From Vezdaea acicularis (taxonomy: Eukaryota): a stretch of DNA of 64,000 nt. Below are positions 35,838 to 48,097 of this stretch, piece by piece; within the stretch, counting starts at the first letter, position 1, and every line of letters begins with the position of its first letter. Position numbers and translations under genes: made by a program. The DNA is taken from contig JAPEUI010000020.1 of the NCBI GenBank assembly GCA_026025075.1, positions 1-64,000 on the forward strand, read 5' to 3'. The notes beneath the pieces were generated by a model. It saw nothing but the letters and a program-made list of their open reading frames with translations, was not told where the DNA came from and searched no databases.

Positions 35838-38800
35838 GGTTAAGTGGAAAAGTGCCAATGGCAGAAGTAGTATTACTCGTAATTAAAGAGTTGTACACGA
35901 AGAGAATCGGTCGGTTGAGAGAGTGACGCGGTCCCAGACGGAAAGGCTAGGATCAAAGATCGGACGACCAGGGAGGGACGCCCCGGTGTTTACAGAGTCC
36001 CAAAAGCGAAGGAGACACTCCTCGATTGAAAGAGAGACGAATCTTGCAAGAGAGAGTGTTGCTAGTTCAAGGAAGTGATTAGGCGTCGATTGGACGAGGA
36101 ATGCCAAGGACGGCGATGAAGATGGGGTTGTGGAGAAGAGAGGGAGGGAGGTAGGGGACGGGCGCAAGTGCAGTGACGGGGCCGTATTATTTTGGGAGGA
36201 CGGGGGGGTGAAACTGGACGGAGAGTCGGAAACGCGCAGTCACGGGCGAAAAGGTCTCGCCGGCCCCTACCCATCTCTTCTCACCGATGAACATGCAACA
36301 TGGAAATCTCGCACCAGGCGCCTTTGCGGCAAGCTTAGACGCCGTAAGAGGAAAATGCGTGCAATGGCTGGCCACTCAGGGATGAGCGGGCCCGCCCTGT
36401 TCGTTCGCGACACCGAAGCAAAACGCCCCGAGATTGAGGACGCGCAAGCTTTTTTCGGTTGGCTCTGCTTGTCACGTTACTTGCCCTTCGGATGCTCCAG
36501 CTCCCACGAAAGTACTCCCTCGACCTTGAAACCGCATCACGATAGAGATATCAGTTCGAACCTATCAAGAACTTAGCCAGACGGAATGATGCGATTTTGT
36601 GGAAATTGATTAAGCTACTTCTGGGTCCTTACCAGATGAACTGTGACTCCCGTGCATTTTCCTTCGCGCTCCAAGCCATTGCATGTTCGCGAGATGTACG
36701 CGGGTAAAGCTCGGTCACCACCAGCTTGAGCCTTCCCGTTTTGGCTCCTGAGGAATGCAAATCGATGCATTCTATGTCACAATTACGCTACTTCTATTTA
36801 TTCATAGTTGAAGGACGATCAAACTTCGCCTTTTTAACCTATTTTTATCAGTGGGCGCGTGGTCTCGAGGGCGATCACGACTCTTCCGGTGGTGGCAAAC
36901 CCAAGGTACCTCCTCGGGTTTTCCACAATGAGTATTGTCTGGCAGGTGAACGGACCACAAAGGACATCGACGATCGTCCATCTAAAGCAAAGACTCGACC
37001 TGCGAGGCCAGCAATGCGATCTTGCGATACCGTCGTCAGTGGCGCCGCTCGAACACGCCTTCGCAGGTGCCACGGACTTGTCGCGCCTGCAAATCGCTAC
37101 GACTTCGAGATGTCATCGTCTTTTGCCAGCAAAAGCCCCTTTTCACATTGGGGCATATCCTCGCTGCTCTGCTATTGGAGGTTGAGATGCTTGTGTCTCC
37201 CACTAAGACTGTTCATGGATAGCGCCTGGAGCGGTTCCACGAACGAACCAACCAGACGCTCGCCAGCCATTCTGCCGGACGAGCCCCTTGGAAAGGGATT
37301 TTGTCTCTTAGCGATCCCGAAGGCGATTCGCCACATCCGCTTCCGCCGCAGAGCAATTCGCTGGCTACGGCTCGGTCTCGGGCGCCCGGGTACCTTTCTG
37401 AGCTCCTATTTTTACTTTTCTCCTCGTCCGCTTCCCATGCACGATCCGGTGCCGACGGACGAACCGTTGGATTGGTCTTATCAAGATTGGCTGAACCGTC
37501 GAAGGGTTCAGTTGGCGCCGATTAGGATAGCGCAGCTCGGACGGGAATCTCGATGACCCTTTCGGCGAGCTCCAGAGGCATGAAGGCAAGGCGTAACCCC
37601 CCTTACGAAACGCGGCGGGGAGACTTCCAGCTGCCCAGCTGCCCAATCAATCGGTGTGTGGTAAGCATTTTCCGGCGGATTGGGGCATATTTCACCAGTT
37701 GTACGGCAGAACCGCGAGTCGCACCGACAAAAAAGTTCAGAGTTCAGGCAGCTTCCCGCTGCATTCTTACGAAGACCGCAAACGGTCTTCAGGGATGCAA
37801 GGAAGGGGGCTGCCGGCCGATGTCGTTGGTGGATCACGCCACGGGGGCCGATCGTGCCCTTCGCACCCTTCCAATCACTCGATAGGAAGTCGATCGTTTC
37901 GAGGGAGGAAGAGAGCGCGAGTCGTGTCCATCCACCCTGAGGGCTGAATTGACGGTCAGACCTCTGACGCCTCTCACGACGTACGAGTACAGGACTCGGG
38001 CACGAGCATTCAGTCTGATCAAACGGAAGGCGGGGAGGATTCCAAGCATGAGGCACGCTGGCATTCGGTGATCTGGCGGTGGGCTTGCTCTGGTGCGATG
38101 CGGTGCAGGCTGCTGTCCGGCGAAGGTTCATGCATGGCTGGCCTTCCGACGCAGAGATACTTCGAAGAGACTTCAGGACAAGAATTCAAGCGAGCAACGG
38201 CGTGCACCGAGTGTGGAGAGGTAGATACGTCTCTCTCTTACCTGTGATGAACAGTCCGCTACACCGGCAGTAGAACGACTGAAAAAGACTCCTATGGCTA
38301 TTCCCGTTCCTCCGTAAGGCCCAGTCCCTTTCGCAGCGCCCCTTTTGCTGCTCCGTTCGCCGTCATTCCCCCCCCCATTCCTGCCTGACGGAAGCGCATC
38401 GACCACGGCATGCCCACAACGACCACCCCCCCCTGCGACTCTCGCGACGGGAGGGCCTGTCCCCGCTAAATTTGTCTCTCGCCGACCCGATCCCTCCTGA
38501 ACGCTCGCCCTCTCCCTCTCTCCCGTCCGTATCCTCCTTCTTTCCTTCATCACCACCTTTTCTCTCTCTTTTCCCCTCCTCTCCGCGTCCCCTCGTTGTC
38601 GTCGGAAGGAGTCACATTCGTTCGAAGCAGACCCCGAAGCCGTTCGTCGTCGCCACAGCGGCGTGTTCTGATCGCCCGCACACGCTAATCGCCGCCAATC
38701 AGCGTGCGAAGGCCGAGGCGCAGCTGCGAAACTTGGAATCGCTGGGCTAGCAACGCGGCTGGAGCAACCGACCAACCCCCCTCCCTCTGCAAAACTTGGG

Positions 38801-39132
38801 CAGCCCGCGAGAAACAAGGACGACAACAGAAAGTACCATCTCATCCGATCTTTATCAAGCGCATCACCACACGAAGCCCGCACGTTCACGAGAACCTCAA
38901 TTCCACTGCTCGGGAAGGCTCTCGCCTGTCTCGTTCTTTCCCATCTTCGACGCCGTCGCATCGTGCCAGCCGTCGATCCGCTCGCCCTTCTCAACGGGCA
39001 CCCCTTTCGCTCATTCAGACGTACCATCACGGTGACAACATTCATTTCACTCTACATCGACCACTTTCTTCGAGAGCGCCCCCTCGATCTTTCCACGCCG
39101 CCACAGCAATTCAGCGGTACACCCCACAACTA

Positions 39133-39399
39133 ATGTGCTCAAATTGATGTGAGTAGCCCTCCCCCCCCATCCGAGTCTCATTTCGGAAAGACTTTTGAAA
39201 CACCGCAACGCAACTGCCGTCTATGAAGCGATTGCAACCGCGCCCCAACACAACATCAGGGACGCCGACCGTGCCTCACCTTGACACTTCCGTTGTGCAA
39301 TCACGAAGCGTAAATCGACAGCATCGACCTGGCCTCTCAATTCCGAATACCGTCGTGAATTTGTCATTTTTTTTACTGACTTTCCGCGTCATGGTCTAG
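39133..39399 (+). promoter_or_regulatory. FKS1 5' leader: short uORF (MCSN*, 39133..39147) followed by a putative 5'UTR intron (39149..39399)
   Basis: ATG TGC TCA AAT TGA, then GTGAGT donor, poly-T, TACTGAC branch point and TAG acceptor 25 nt before the FKS1 ATG. Confidence 0.6.
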
Positions 39400-39424
39400 T
39401 GGTCGCGTGTAATATTTGCCCATC

Positions 39425-42400
39425 ATGTCGGGTCATCCACAAGGAGGCTACGATGACGCCGCCTATGGCCACCCTCAGCAGGCCGGCGACGCATACTACC
39501 ACGATGATCAAAATCAACAATATTACGATCATCAAGGACACGATCAACACCAAGATTATCAGCAGCATCCTCAAGGTGGGGATGGCTACTATGATGAGTC
39601 GTACGTCTCAATTGCTTGACCTGAACTAGAACGCAGACTAACAGAGTGCAGTGGCTATTACAATGCCAACGCTAATACTCCATATGAACATGACGGAGGC
39701 TACTACGAAGGTCAACAGCAAGACGGCTACCATGACGAGTATTACAACGACCAATACTACGATCAAGGCGCTCCTGCCGCCGGCCAGCAGGGCCAGTACG
39801 GGCAAGGTGCTTATGGGTGAGTACACTTTCAAGCTTACCGAAAACTACCGACTGATGATTGTAGATCCAAGCCAAAACGTCGAGGTGGAGATTCCGAAGA
39901 AGAGTCCGAGACGTTCAGTGACTTCACCATGAGATCCGACATGGCTCGTGCTGCCGAAATGGATTACTATGGCCGTGGAGATGAGAGATACAACAGCTAT
40001 GGTGACAACCAGGGAGGTGGCCGCGGCTATCGCCCACCATCCTCTCAGATCTCCTATGGAGGTAACAGGTCATCCGGTGCATCGACTCCTGTCTACGGCT
40101 TGGACTACAACAATGTTCTGCCGGCTGGTCAACGATCAAGGGAGCCGTACCCAGCATGGACTTCCGAGGCCCAGATTCCGTTGTCAAAAGAAGAAATCGA
40201 GGACATCTTCATGGATCTGACGGCCAAGTTCGGTTTCCAGCGGGACAGTATGCGGAATATGTACGACCACCTGATGACCCTTCTCGACTCGCGTGCATCC
40301 CGTATGACACCAAACCAAGCTCTACTATCCTTACACGCCGATTACATTGGCGGCGACAACGCAAATTACCGGAAATGGTACTTTGCTGCACATCTCGATC
40401 TTGATGATGCTGTGGGCTTTGCCAACATGAAGCTTGGAAAGGGAAGCCGGAAAACTCGAAAAGCTCGTAAAGCGGCCAAGAAGAAGGCCGGAGCAAACCC
40501 CGAGAACGAGGAACAAACTCTCGAATCTCTAGAAGGCGACAACAGTCTGGAAGCAGCCGAATATCGCTGGAAGACCCGGATGAACCGCATGTCACAACAT
40601 GACCGTGTCCGACAAATAGCTCTCTACCTGCTTTGTTGGGGAGAGGCCAACCAGGTCCGTTTCATGCCGGAAGCCCTTTGCTTCATCTTCAAGTGTGCCG
40701 ACGACTATCTGCACTCGGCAGCATGTCAGAACATGGTCGAGCCGGTCGAGGAGTTCACTTACCTAAACGATGTGATCACTCCACTCTACCAGTACTGCCG
40801 TGATCAAGGTTACGAGATCCAAGACGGCAAGTACGTCCGCCGCGAACGGGACCATAACAAGGTCATCGGCTACGATGACATCAACCAGCTTTTCTGGTAT
40901 CCCGAGGGCATCGAGCTCATTGTCATGGAAGACAAGTCTAGAATCGTGGACTTGCCGCCTGCAGAGCGATACAACAAATTGAAAGAAGTCAACTGGAAGA
41001 AAGTTTTCTTCAAGACCTACAAAGAGACTCGATCGTGGTTCCACATGCTTGTCAACTTCAACCGTATCTGGGTCATTCACATCACGGCTTTCTGGTTCTA
41101 CACGGCTCATAACTCACCTACCTTGTACACGAAGAACTATCAGCAACAGCTCAACAACAGCCCGCCTGGAGCAGCCCAGTGGTCGGCACCTGCCTTGGGT
41201 GGCACAGTTGCTTCGTTGATCATGATTTTCGCAACGCTTGCCGAGTGGGCATATGTTCCCCGACGATGGGCTGGCGCACAGCATCTGACAAAACGTCTGT
41301 TCCTACTTCTTGGTTTCTTCGCTGTCAACATTGGTCCAAGTGTCTACATTTTCGGTATCGCAAAGGATATGACGGGTAAAATCGCTTTAGCGCTTGGAAT
41401 TGTGCAGTTCTTCGTCGCCGTTGGCACGTTCGTCTTCTTCTCAGTCATGCCCCTCGGTGGCCTCTTCGGGAGCTACTTGGCGGGCAAAAATCGACAATAC
41501 GTTGCAAGCCAAACGTTCACTGCCAGCTATCCTCGACTAAAGGGTAACGATATGTGGATGTCCTATGGTCTATGGGTCCTGGTCTTCGTCGCTAAGCTCA
41601 GTGAATCGTACGTCTTTCTCACCTTGTCACTGCGAGACCCGATCCGCATCCTTTCGACGATGAAAATCAGCAAATGCGCGGGCGACAAGATTATTGGCTC
41701 AGTTCTCTGTAAGATTCAGCCACAGCTGCTTCTCGGCCTGATGTTCTTCACCGACATGATTCTTTTCTTCCTCGATACCTATCTCTGGTACATTCTCTGC
41801 AATACCATCTTCTCTGTTGCGAGATCCTTCTACCTCGGTGTCTCGATCTGGACACCCTGGAGGAACATTTTCTCTCGGCTACCAAAGCGTATCTATTCGA
41901 AGATCCTGGCAACTACGGACATGGAGATAAAGTACAAACCCAAGGTCTTGATCTCTCAGATCTGGAACGCCATTGTCATCTCCATGTATCGGGAGCACTT
42001 GCTTGCTATTGACCACGTGCAGAAGCTGCTGTATCACCAAGTCCCATCGGAACAGGAAGGCAAGCGGACGCTACGTGCACCGACGTTCTTCGTCTCTCAG
42101 GAAGATCACTCGTTCAAGACCGAGTTCTTCCCAGCACAGAGTGAAGCTGAGCGTCGTATTTCGTTCTTCGCACAGTCTCTTTCGACACCAATCCCCGAGC
42201 CTCTTCCGGTTGATAACATGCCGACCTTCACCGTCTTGATTCCTCACTATGGCGAAAAGATCCTGCTTTCCTTGCGAGAGATCATTCGTGAAGATGAGCC
42301 GTACTCGCGGGTCACTCTTTTGGAATATCTTAAGCAGCTTCATCCTCACGAGTGGGATTGCTTCGTCAAGGACACCAAGATTCTAGCAGATGAAACATCT

Positions 42401-45344
42401 CAATTCAACGGCGACTACGAGAAGAGCGAAAAGGATACTGCCAAGACCAAAATCGATGATCTTCCATTCTACTGCATTGGTTTCAAGTCAGCTGCCCCCG
42501 AATATACCCTTCGAACGCGTATCTGGGCATCCCTCAGGTCACAGACGCTCTACCGTACAATTTCCGGTTTCATGAACTACAGCCGCGCCATCAAACTCCT
42601 CTACCGAGTGGAAAACCCCGAGGTCGTTCAGATGTTTGGAGGCAACTCCGACAAGCTTGAGCGTGAGCTTGAGCGTATGGCTCGCCGTAAATTCAAGATT
42701 GTCGTCTCTATGCAACGTTATGCCAAGTTCAAGAAGGAAGAGCGTGAGAATACCGAGTTCTTACTTCGAGCCTACCCTGATCTTCAAATCGCCTATCTTG
42801 ACGAAGAACCTCCTCTCAACGAAGGCGATGAGCCCCGTCTTTACTCTGCACTCATCGATGGCCATTCAGAACTCATGGAAAACGGTATGCGTCGTCCTAA
42901 ATTCCGCATCCAACTCTCTGGAAACCCAATCTTGGGTGACGGCAAGTCTGACAACCAGAATCACTCGATCATCTTCTACCGTGGTGAATACATCCAGCTC
43001 ATCGATGCCAATCAAGACAATTATCTTGAGGAATGTCTTAAGATTCGAAGCGTTCTAGCCGAGTTTGAAGAAATGAAGACAGACAATGTTTCCCCATACA
43101 CTCCCGGCCTTCCCTCGAGCGGCAACAACCCGGTAGCTATCCTTGGAGCTCGTGAATACATTTTCTCTGAGAATATTGGTATCCTTGGTGATGTTGCAGC
43201 TGGAAAGGAACAAACATTCGGTACTCTGTTTGCTCGTACGTTGGCTCAAATCGGCGGTAAACTTCATTACGGACATCCTGATTTCTTGAATGGTATCTTC
43301 ATGACGACCAGAGGCGGCGTCTCCAAGGCTCAGAAAGGTCTCCATCTCAATGAAGATATCTATGCTGGTATGAACGCCCTGATCCGCGGAGGTCGCATCA
43401 AGCATTGCGAATACTACCAATGCGGCAAGGGTCGTGATCTTGGCTTTGGCTCCATCTTGAACTTCACCACCAAAATCGGTACAGGTATGGGCGAGCAGAT
43501 GCTTTCCCGAGAGTACTATTATCTCGGCACTCAGCTCCCTCTTGACAGGCTGCTATCGTTCTACTACGCTCACGCCGGTTTCCACATCAACAACTTGTTC
43601 ATCATGTTATCGGTGCAAATGTTCATGATCTGTCTGATCAATGTGGGTGCTCTCCGACATGAAACGATTATTTGCGAATACAACAGAAACTCTCCAATCA
43701 CGGACCCGCTCAAGCCGACTGGCTGTGCCAATCTTCATCCAATTCTCGACTGGGTCTCACGCTGTGTACTTTCCATCTTCATCGTCTTCTTCATCTCGTT
43801 CGTGCCTTTGGTTGTCCAGGAACTTACAGAGCGTGGCTTCTGGCGTGCTGCAACCCGTCTCGCCAAGCAGTTCGTCTCCTTGTCTCCGTTGTTCGAGGTG
43901 TTCGTCTGTCAGATATACGCCAATGCTCTGCACCAAGATATCTCTTTCGGAGGTGCGCGGTATATTGGTACGGGTCGTGGTTTCGCAACTGCCCGTATTC
44001 CATTCGGCGTATTGTATTCGCGATTCGCTGGGCCATCTATCTACCTCGGTGCCCGCGCCTTGATGATGTTGTTGTTTGCGACAATCACAGTCTGGCTCGC
44101 ATGGCTGATCTATTTCTGGATCTCCCTCCTCGCGCTTTGCATCTCGCCGTTTGTCTTCAATCCGCATCAATTCTCGTGGAACGACTTCTTCATCGACTAC
44201 CGCGATTTCCTCAGGTGGTTGTCGCGAGGCAATTCTCGTACCCACGGCTCATCTTGGATTTCATTCTGTCGGTTGTCAAGAACAAGGATCACTGGCTACA
44301 AGCGGAAAGCGCTCGGTGATCCAACTGCCAAGCTCTCTGGTGATGTTCCTCGTGCGCACTTCACCAACATCTTCTTTGCTGAAGTTGTTGGCCCCTTGGT
44401 CTTGGTCGCTGTCACACTCATTCCATACCTTTTCATCAATGCTCAGACTGGCGTTGACTCACCAACACCTACGAACTCCCTAGTACGTATTGCGGCTGTA
44501 GCATTCGCGCCAATTGCAATCAACGCTGGTGTGCTAGCTGCTCTATTCGGAATGGCTTGCTGTATGGGACCACTCCTCAGCATGTGCTGCAAGAAGTTCG
44601 GATCCGTGCTTGCAGCTATTGCTCATGGCACTGCTGTCATCATGTTGCTGGCTTTCTTCGAGGTCATGTTCTTCCTCGAAGGCTGGAGCTTCGCAAAGGC
44701 TCTTCTTGGCATGATCGCGGTTGTGGCCCTTCAGCGATTCATATTCAAGCTCATCATTGGTCTTGCTCTTACCCGGGAGTTTAAACAGGATCAATCGAAT
44801 ATCGCATGGTGGACCGGAAAATGGTACAACATGGGCTGGCACTCACTTTCGCAACCTGGTCGAGAGTATCTCTGCAAGATCACCGAGCTGGGCATGTTCG
44901 CTGCCGACTTCATTCTCGGCCATGTCCTTCTCTTCTTCATGCTTCCAGTCCTCGCCATTCCCTTCGTCGATAAGTTCCACTCCGTCATGCTCTTCTGGCT
45001 CCGGCCTAGGTACGTCATCTTCCTGAACCAACCCCACACAACATTGGTTACTAACCACTAAATCTAGCCGTCAAATTCGCCCACCTATTTACTCCCTCAA
45101 GCAATCGAAGCTTCGCAAGAGACGGGTCATTCGCTTCGCCATGCTCTACTTCATCATGCTTGTCATCTTCGTCGCTCTTATCGTCGGACCGATATTTGCT
45201 GGCAAATTCCTCCACTCGCTGCCCAGCATCCCGCTCGATCTTTTGCAACCCACTGGCTTGAACAATAATGATACTTCCAACGCACAGACTGGAAGTGGTC
45301 TACCAGCGGTAGCTGCAAGTACCTCCTCCGGCAAAAGGTTCTAA
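39425..45344 (+). CDS. FKS1: 1,3-beta-glucan synthase catalytic subunit (GT48)
   Basis: MSGHPQGGY start, [63 protein letters not shown]. Introns at ~39601-39650, ~39817-39870 and ~45010-45067. Confidence 0.98.
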
Positions 45345-45934
45345 GTGACTAGATTATGATGAGGGCGTCTGTACAAAAAATGAGGTGGTCGTAGAGGTAT
45401 CGTCTCTGCAATGGCAGACCTAATGACATTAATTCAGGTGCATGGGTTGAATTTGCTTTTTCGGGGGTACATGGGAGGCACGCCAAATAGATGCTGCCGG
45501 TTCTCTTGCTTACACACTGGCTTTGCTCTGGCTACGGTATTTCACATCTTTGCGCTTTGCATAAGTCGGCAAACGGGTTTCATCACCCGCGTTGCTGACG
45601 ATAGGGAGGCTCATATTAGTTGACGCTTCTAGCGCTCCGGAGAGTTTTCCTTTCTTTCATTATGAGCTCGTCACTTGTACATTAAAATCTGAACAATGAT
45701 TGGCAGATCAGTAGCTTGAAGTTGACATCGTGACTTTCTCATGACATTGCCCCATCCCGCGAACAGGAGGGCGGAAATTACTCCCTTCTCAAGTTCCGAT
45801 CATGTCACGTGGGAGATTATGACGAGGCCTCGGAAATTCAAATTTCACGTCTCCCTATGTTTTCTTGTCGGTAACTCGGCGTCGCATGTTCTTAACTTCG
45901 TTCTGTAGCCGTCCAGCCATACAACTCTACTGCA

Positions 45935-47659
45935 ATGGAGATGCACGATGCACAGGATGTGGTTCTGCGGTATATGAATGATTTTTCAGTCCAATTCCAA
46001 AAGGTCCCGGGCTCCGCAATACTACTCCGGTACATCAAATCCAGCTACCAGAATGACCCGGTGCGATCCGCCGTCGAGCTGTTCCTCTTCCTCTTCGCCG
46101 TTCGATATCTCCTCTCTCCTACGTACTCGACACAGAAGACGAACTTCGTCAAACTATCAGAAGAGGTGAATGGTGGAGAGACCTGATATATAAGGACTGT
46201 TGTTAATACACCACATAGGAGATTGACGAGCTCGTCGAGGACTGGACTCCTGAGCCTTTAGTCGCGCCTCTCACGCCCTTCGAACAAGCAGAGAACGAGA
46301 AGCGCCCTGTTATAGTAGGGTGAGCTACCTCCAAACCTCCTAGCCCGGAAAGACGGCGCGTTCTAACCCTCTTCAGCCCCACCGGCCCCAAATCCAAACT
46401 CAGCAACGGCCGCACCGTCACCAACCTCGCCTCTTACAACTTCTACAACTTCGTCGCCAACGAAACCCTCAAAGAGAAAGCCATTCAAACGCTGCGCACG
46501 TATGGCGTCGGTCCCTGCGGCCCCCCCGGCTTCTATGGCACGCAGGACGTGCACATGAAGACCGAGGCCGACATTGCCGAGTTTCTGGGTACCCGGGCTT
46601 GCATCGTGTACGCCCAGGCCTTCTCGACCATCTCCAGTGTGATCCCGGCTTTTAGCAAGCGGGGCGATATCATCGTCGCGGACGACTCGGTCAATTTCGC
46701 GATTCGCAAGGGCATTCAGATTTCGAGGAGTACGGTGAGATGGTATAAGCATAATGATATGGAGGACTTGAAGAGGGTCTTGGAGAAGGTCACGAAGGAG
46801 CAGGCGAAGAAGCCGTTGACTAGACGCTTCATCGTTACGGAAGGCATGTTTGAGAATGTTGGTGATGTCGTCGATCTACCGAAAATCGTGCGTTTATCTT
46901 TCCCCCCTTAACCGGCTTCCCCCCTTTCCCCCCCACGGTACGCAGCTAACATCCCCAACCCAATTCCAGATCGAGCTCAAACTCCTCTACAAATTCCGCC
47001 TCATCCTCGACGAAACCTGGTCCTTCGGCGTGCTGGGCCGCCAAGGCCGCGGCCTCACCGAAGCCCAGAACGTCGACCCCACCTCCGTCGACATGATCAT
47101 CGGCTCCCTCGCCGGCCCCCTCTGCGCCGGCGGCGGCTTCTGCGCCGCCTCCGACGAAATCTGCGAGCACCAGCGTATCTCCGCCGCCGCGTACACCTTC
47201 TCCGCCGCCCTCCCCGCCATGCTCGCCACCACCGCCAGCGAAACTCTGAGTCTGCTCCAAACCGACTCCGCACACCTGAGCACCCTCCGCGAGAATATCC
47301 GCGCCATGCGCGCCCAGCTCGATCCTCGAAGCGAGTGGCTTCGCTGCTCCAGCGCACCCGAGAATCCCGTGCTACTCCTCGTGCTCAAGGAGGAGCTGGT
47401 CATGCGTAGGGCCTGGTCTCGCGACGAGCAGGACCGCTTGTTGCAGGATGTTGTCGATGAGGCCCTGCTCAATGGCGTCCTCATCACCCGCTTGAAGGCC
47501 ATGCCCGGCTCCCTTCATGCCGCAAGGGCCGGCGCCGAGTGGCAGCCTACCCCCGCGTTGAAGGTCTGTGTCACTACCGGCTTGACTAGGAAGGAAGTCG
47601 AGAAGGCCGGCACGGTTATTAGACATGCGGCTACGAAGGTTGTGACGAGGCGGAAGTGA
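45935..47659 (+). CDS. LCB1: Serine palmitoyltransferase subunit 1
   Basis: [66 protein letters not shown]. Three introns. Confidence 0.96.
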
Positions 47660-48097
47660 GGACGCTTGGGGTCGGGCGGTGGTAAGCGGAGACGGGAGGG
47701 GGGCAATAGGGAGGGATAGGGAAAGCTGGAGGAGGGGGGGGGGGAAAGGGGGTAATCTGCATATGCATTATTTTCCAGCGGTTTGGTGCTTGCATATAAT
47801 TACTAGTAATGCTAATGGCCTGCTGCAGCACGTCTTACCGTGTGAGGGCCGAAACGTTGGGATGGGGGCTGTGGTTGGGTCTTTTGCATTGTAGACATAG
47901 CTTGCGGAATGGACACGGTGCAATGGAATGAGACGATGAAACCAGCTTCCCAACGCCAGTCCGTCAGTAATAAACGATCCCCCCGTTTTCCTTTTCCCGT
48001 GCTCCTTTTGCCTGTCCCCCTCCCAAACGTTTCCTTTTATGAAGATACTACCACCTGCCCAGCGCTCCTTTGATGAGCGTTCTGGGTCTTTTGTCCT

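Noticed and set aside
36726..39045. 200-290 aa ORFs in the GEL-FKS1 intergenic region
   Set aside because: Arg/Ser/Pro-rich, overlapping on both strands, mostly non-ATG starts, no domain motifs; expected by chance in GC-rich DNA.
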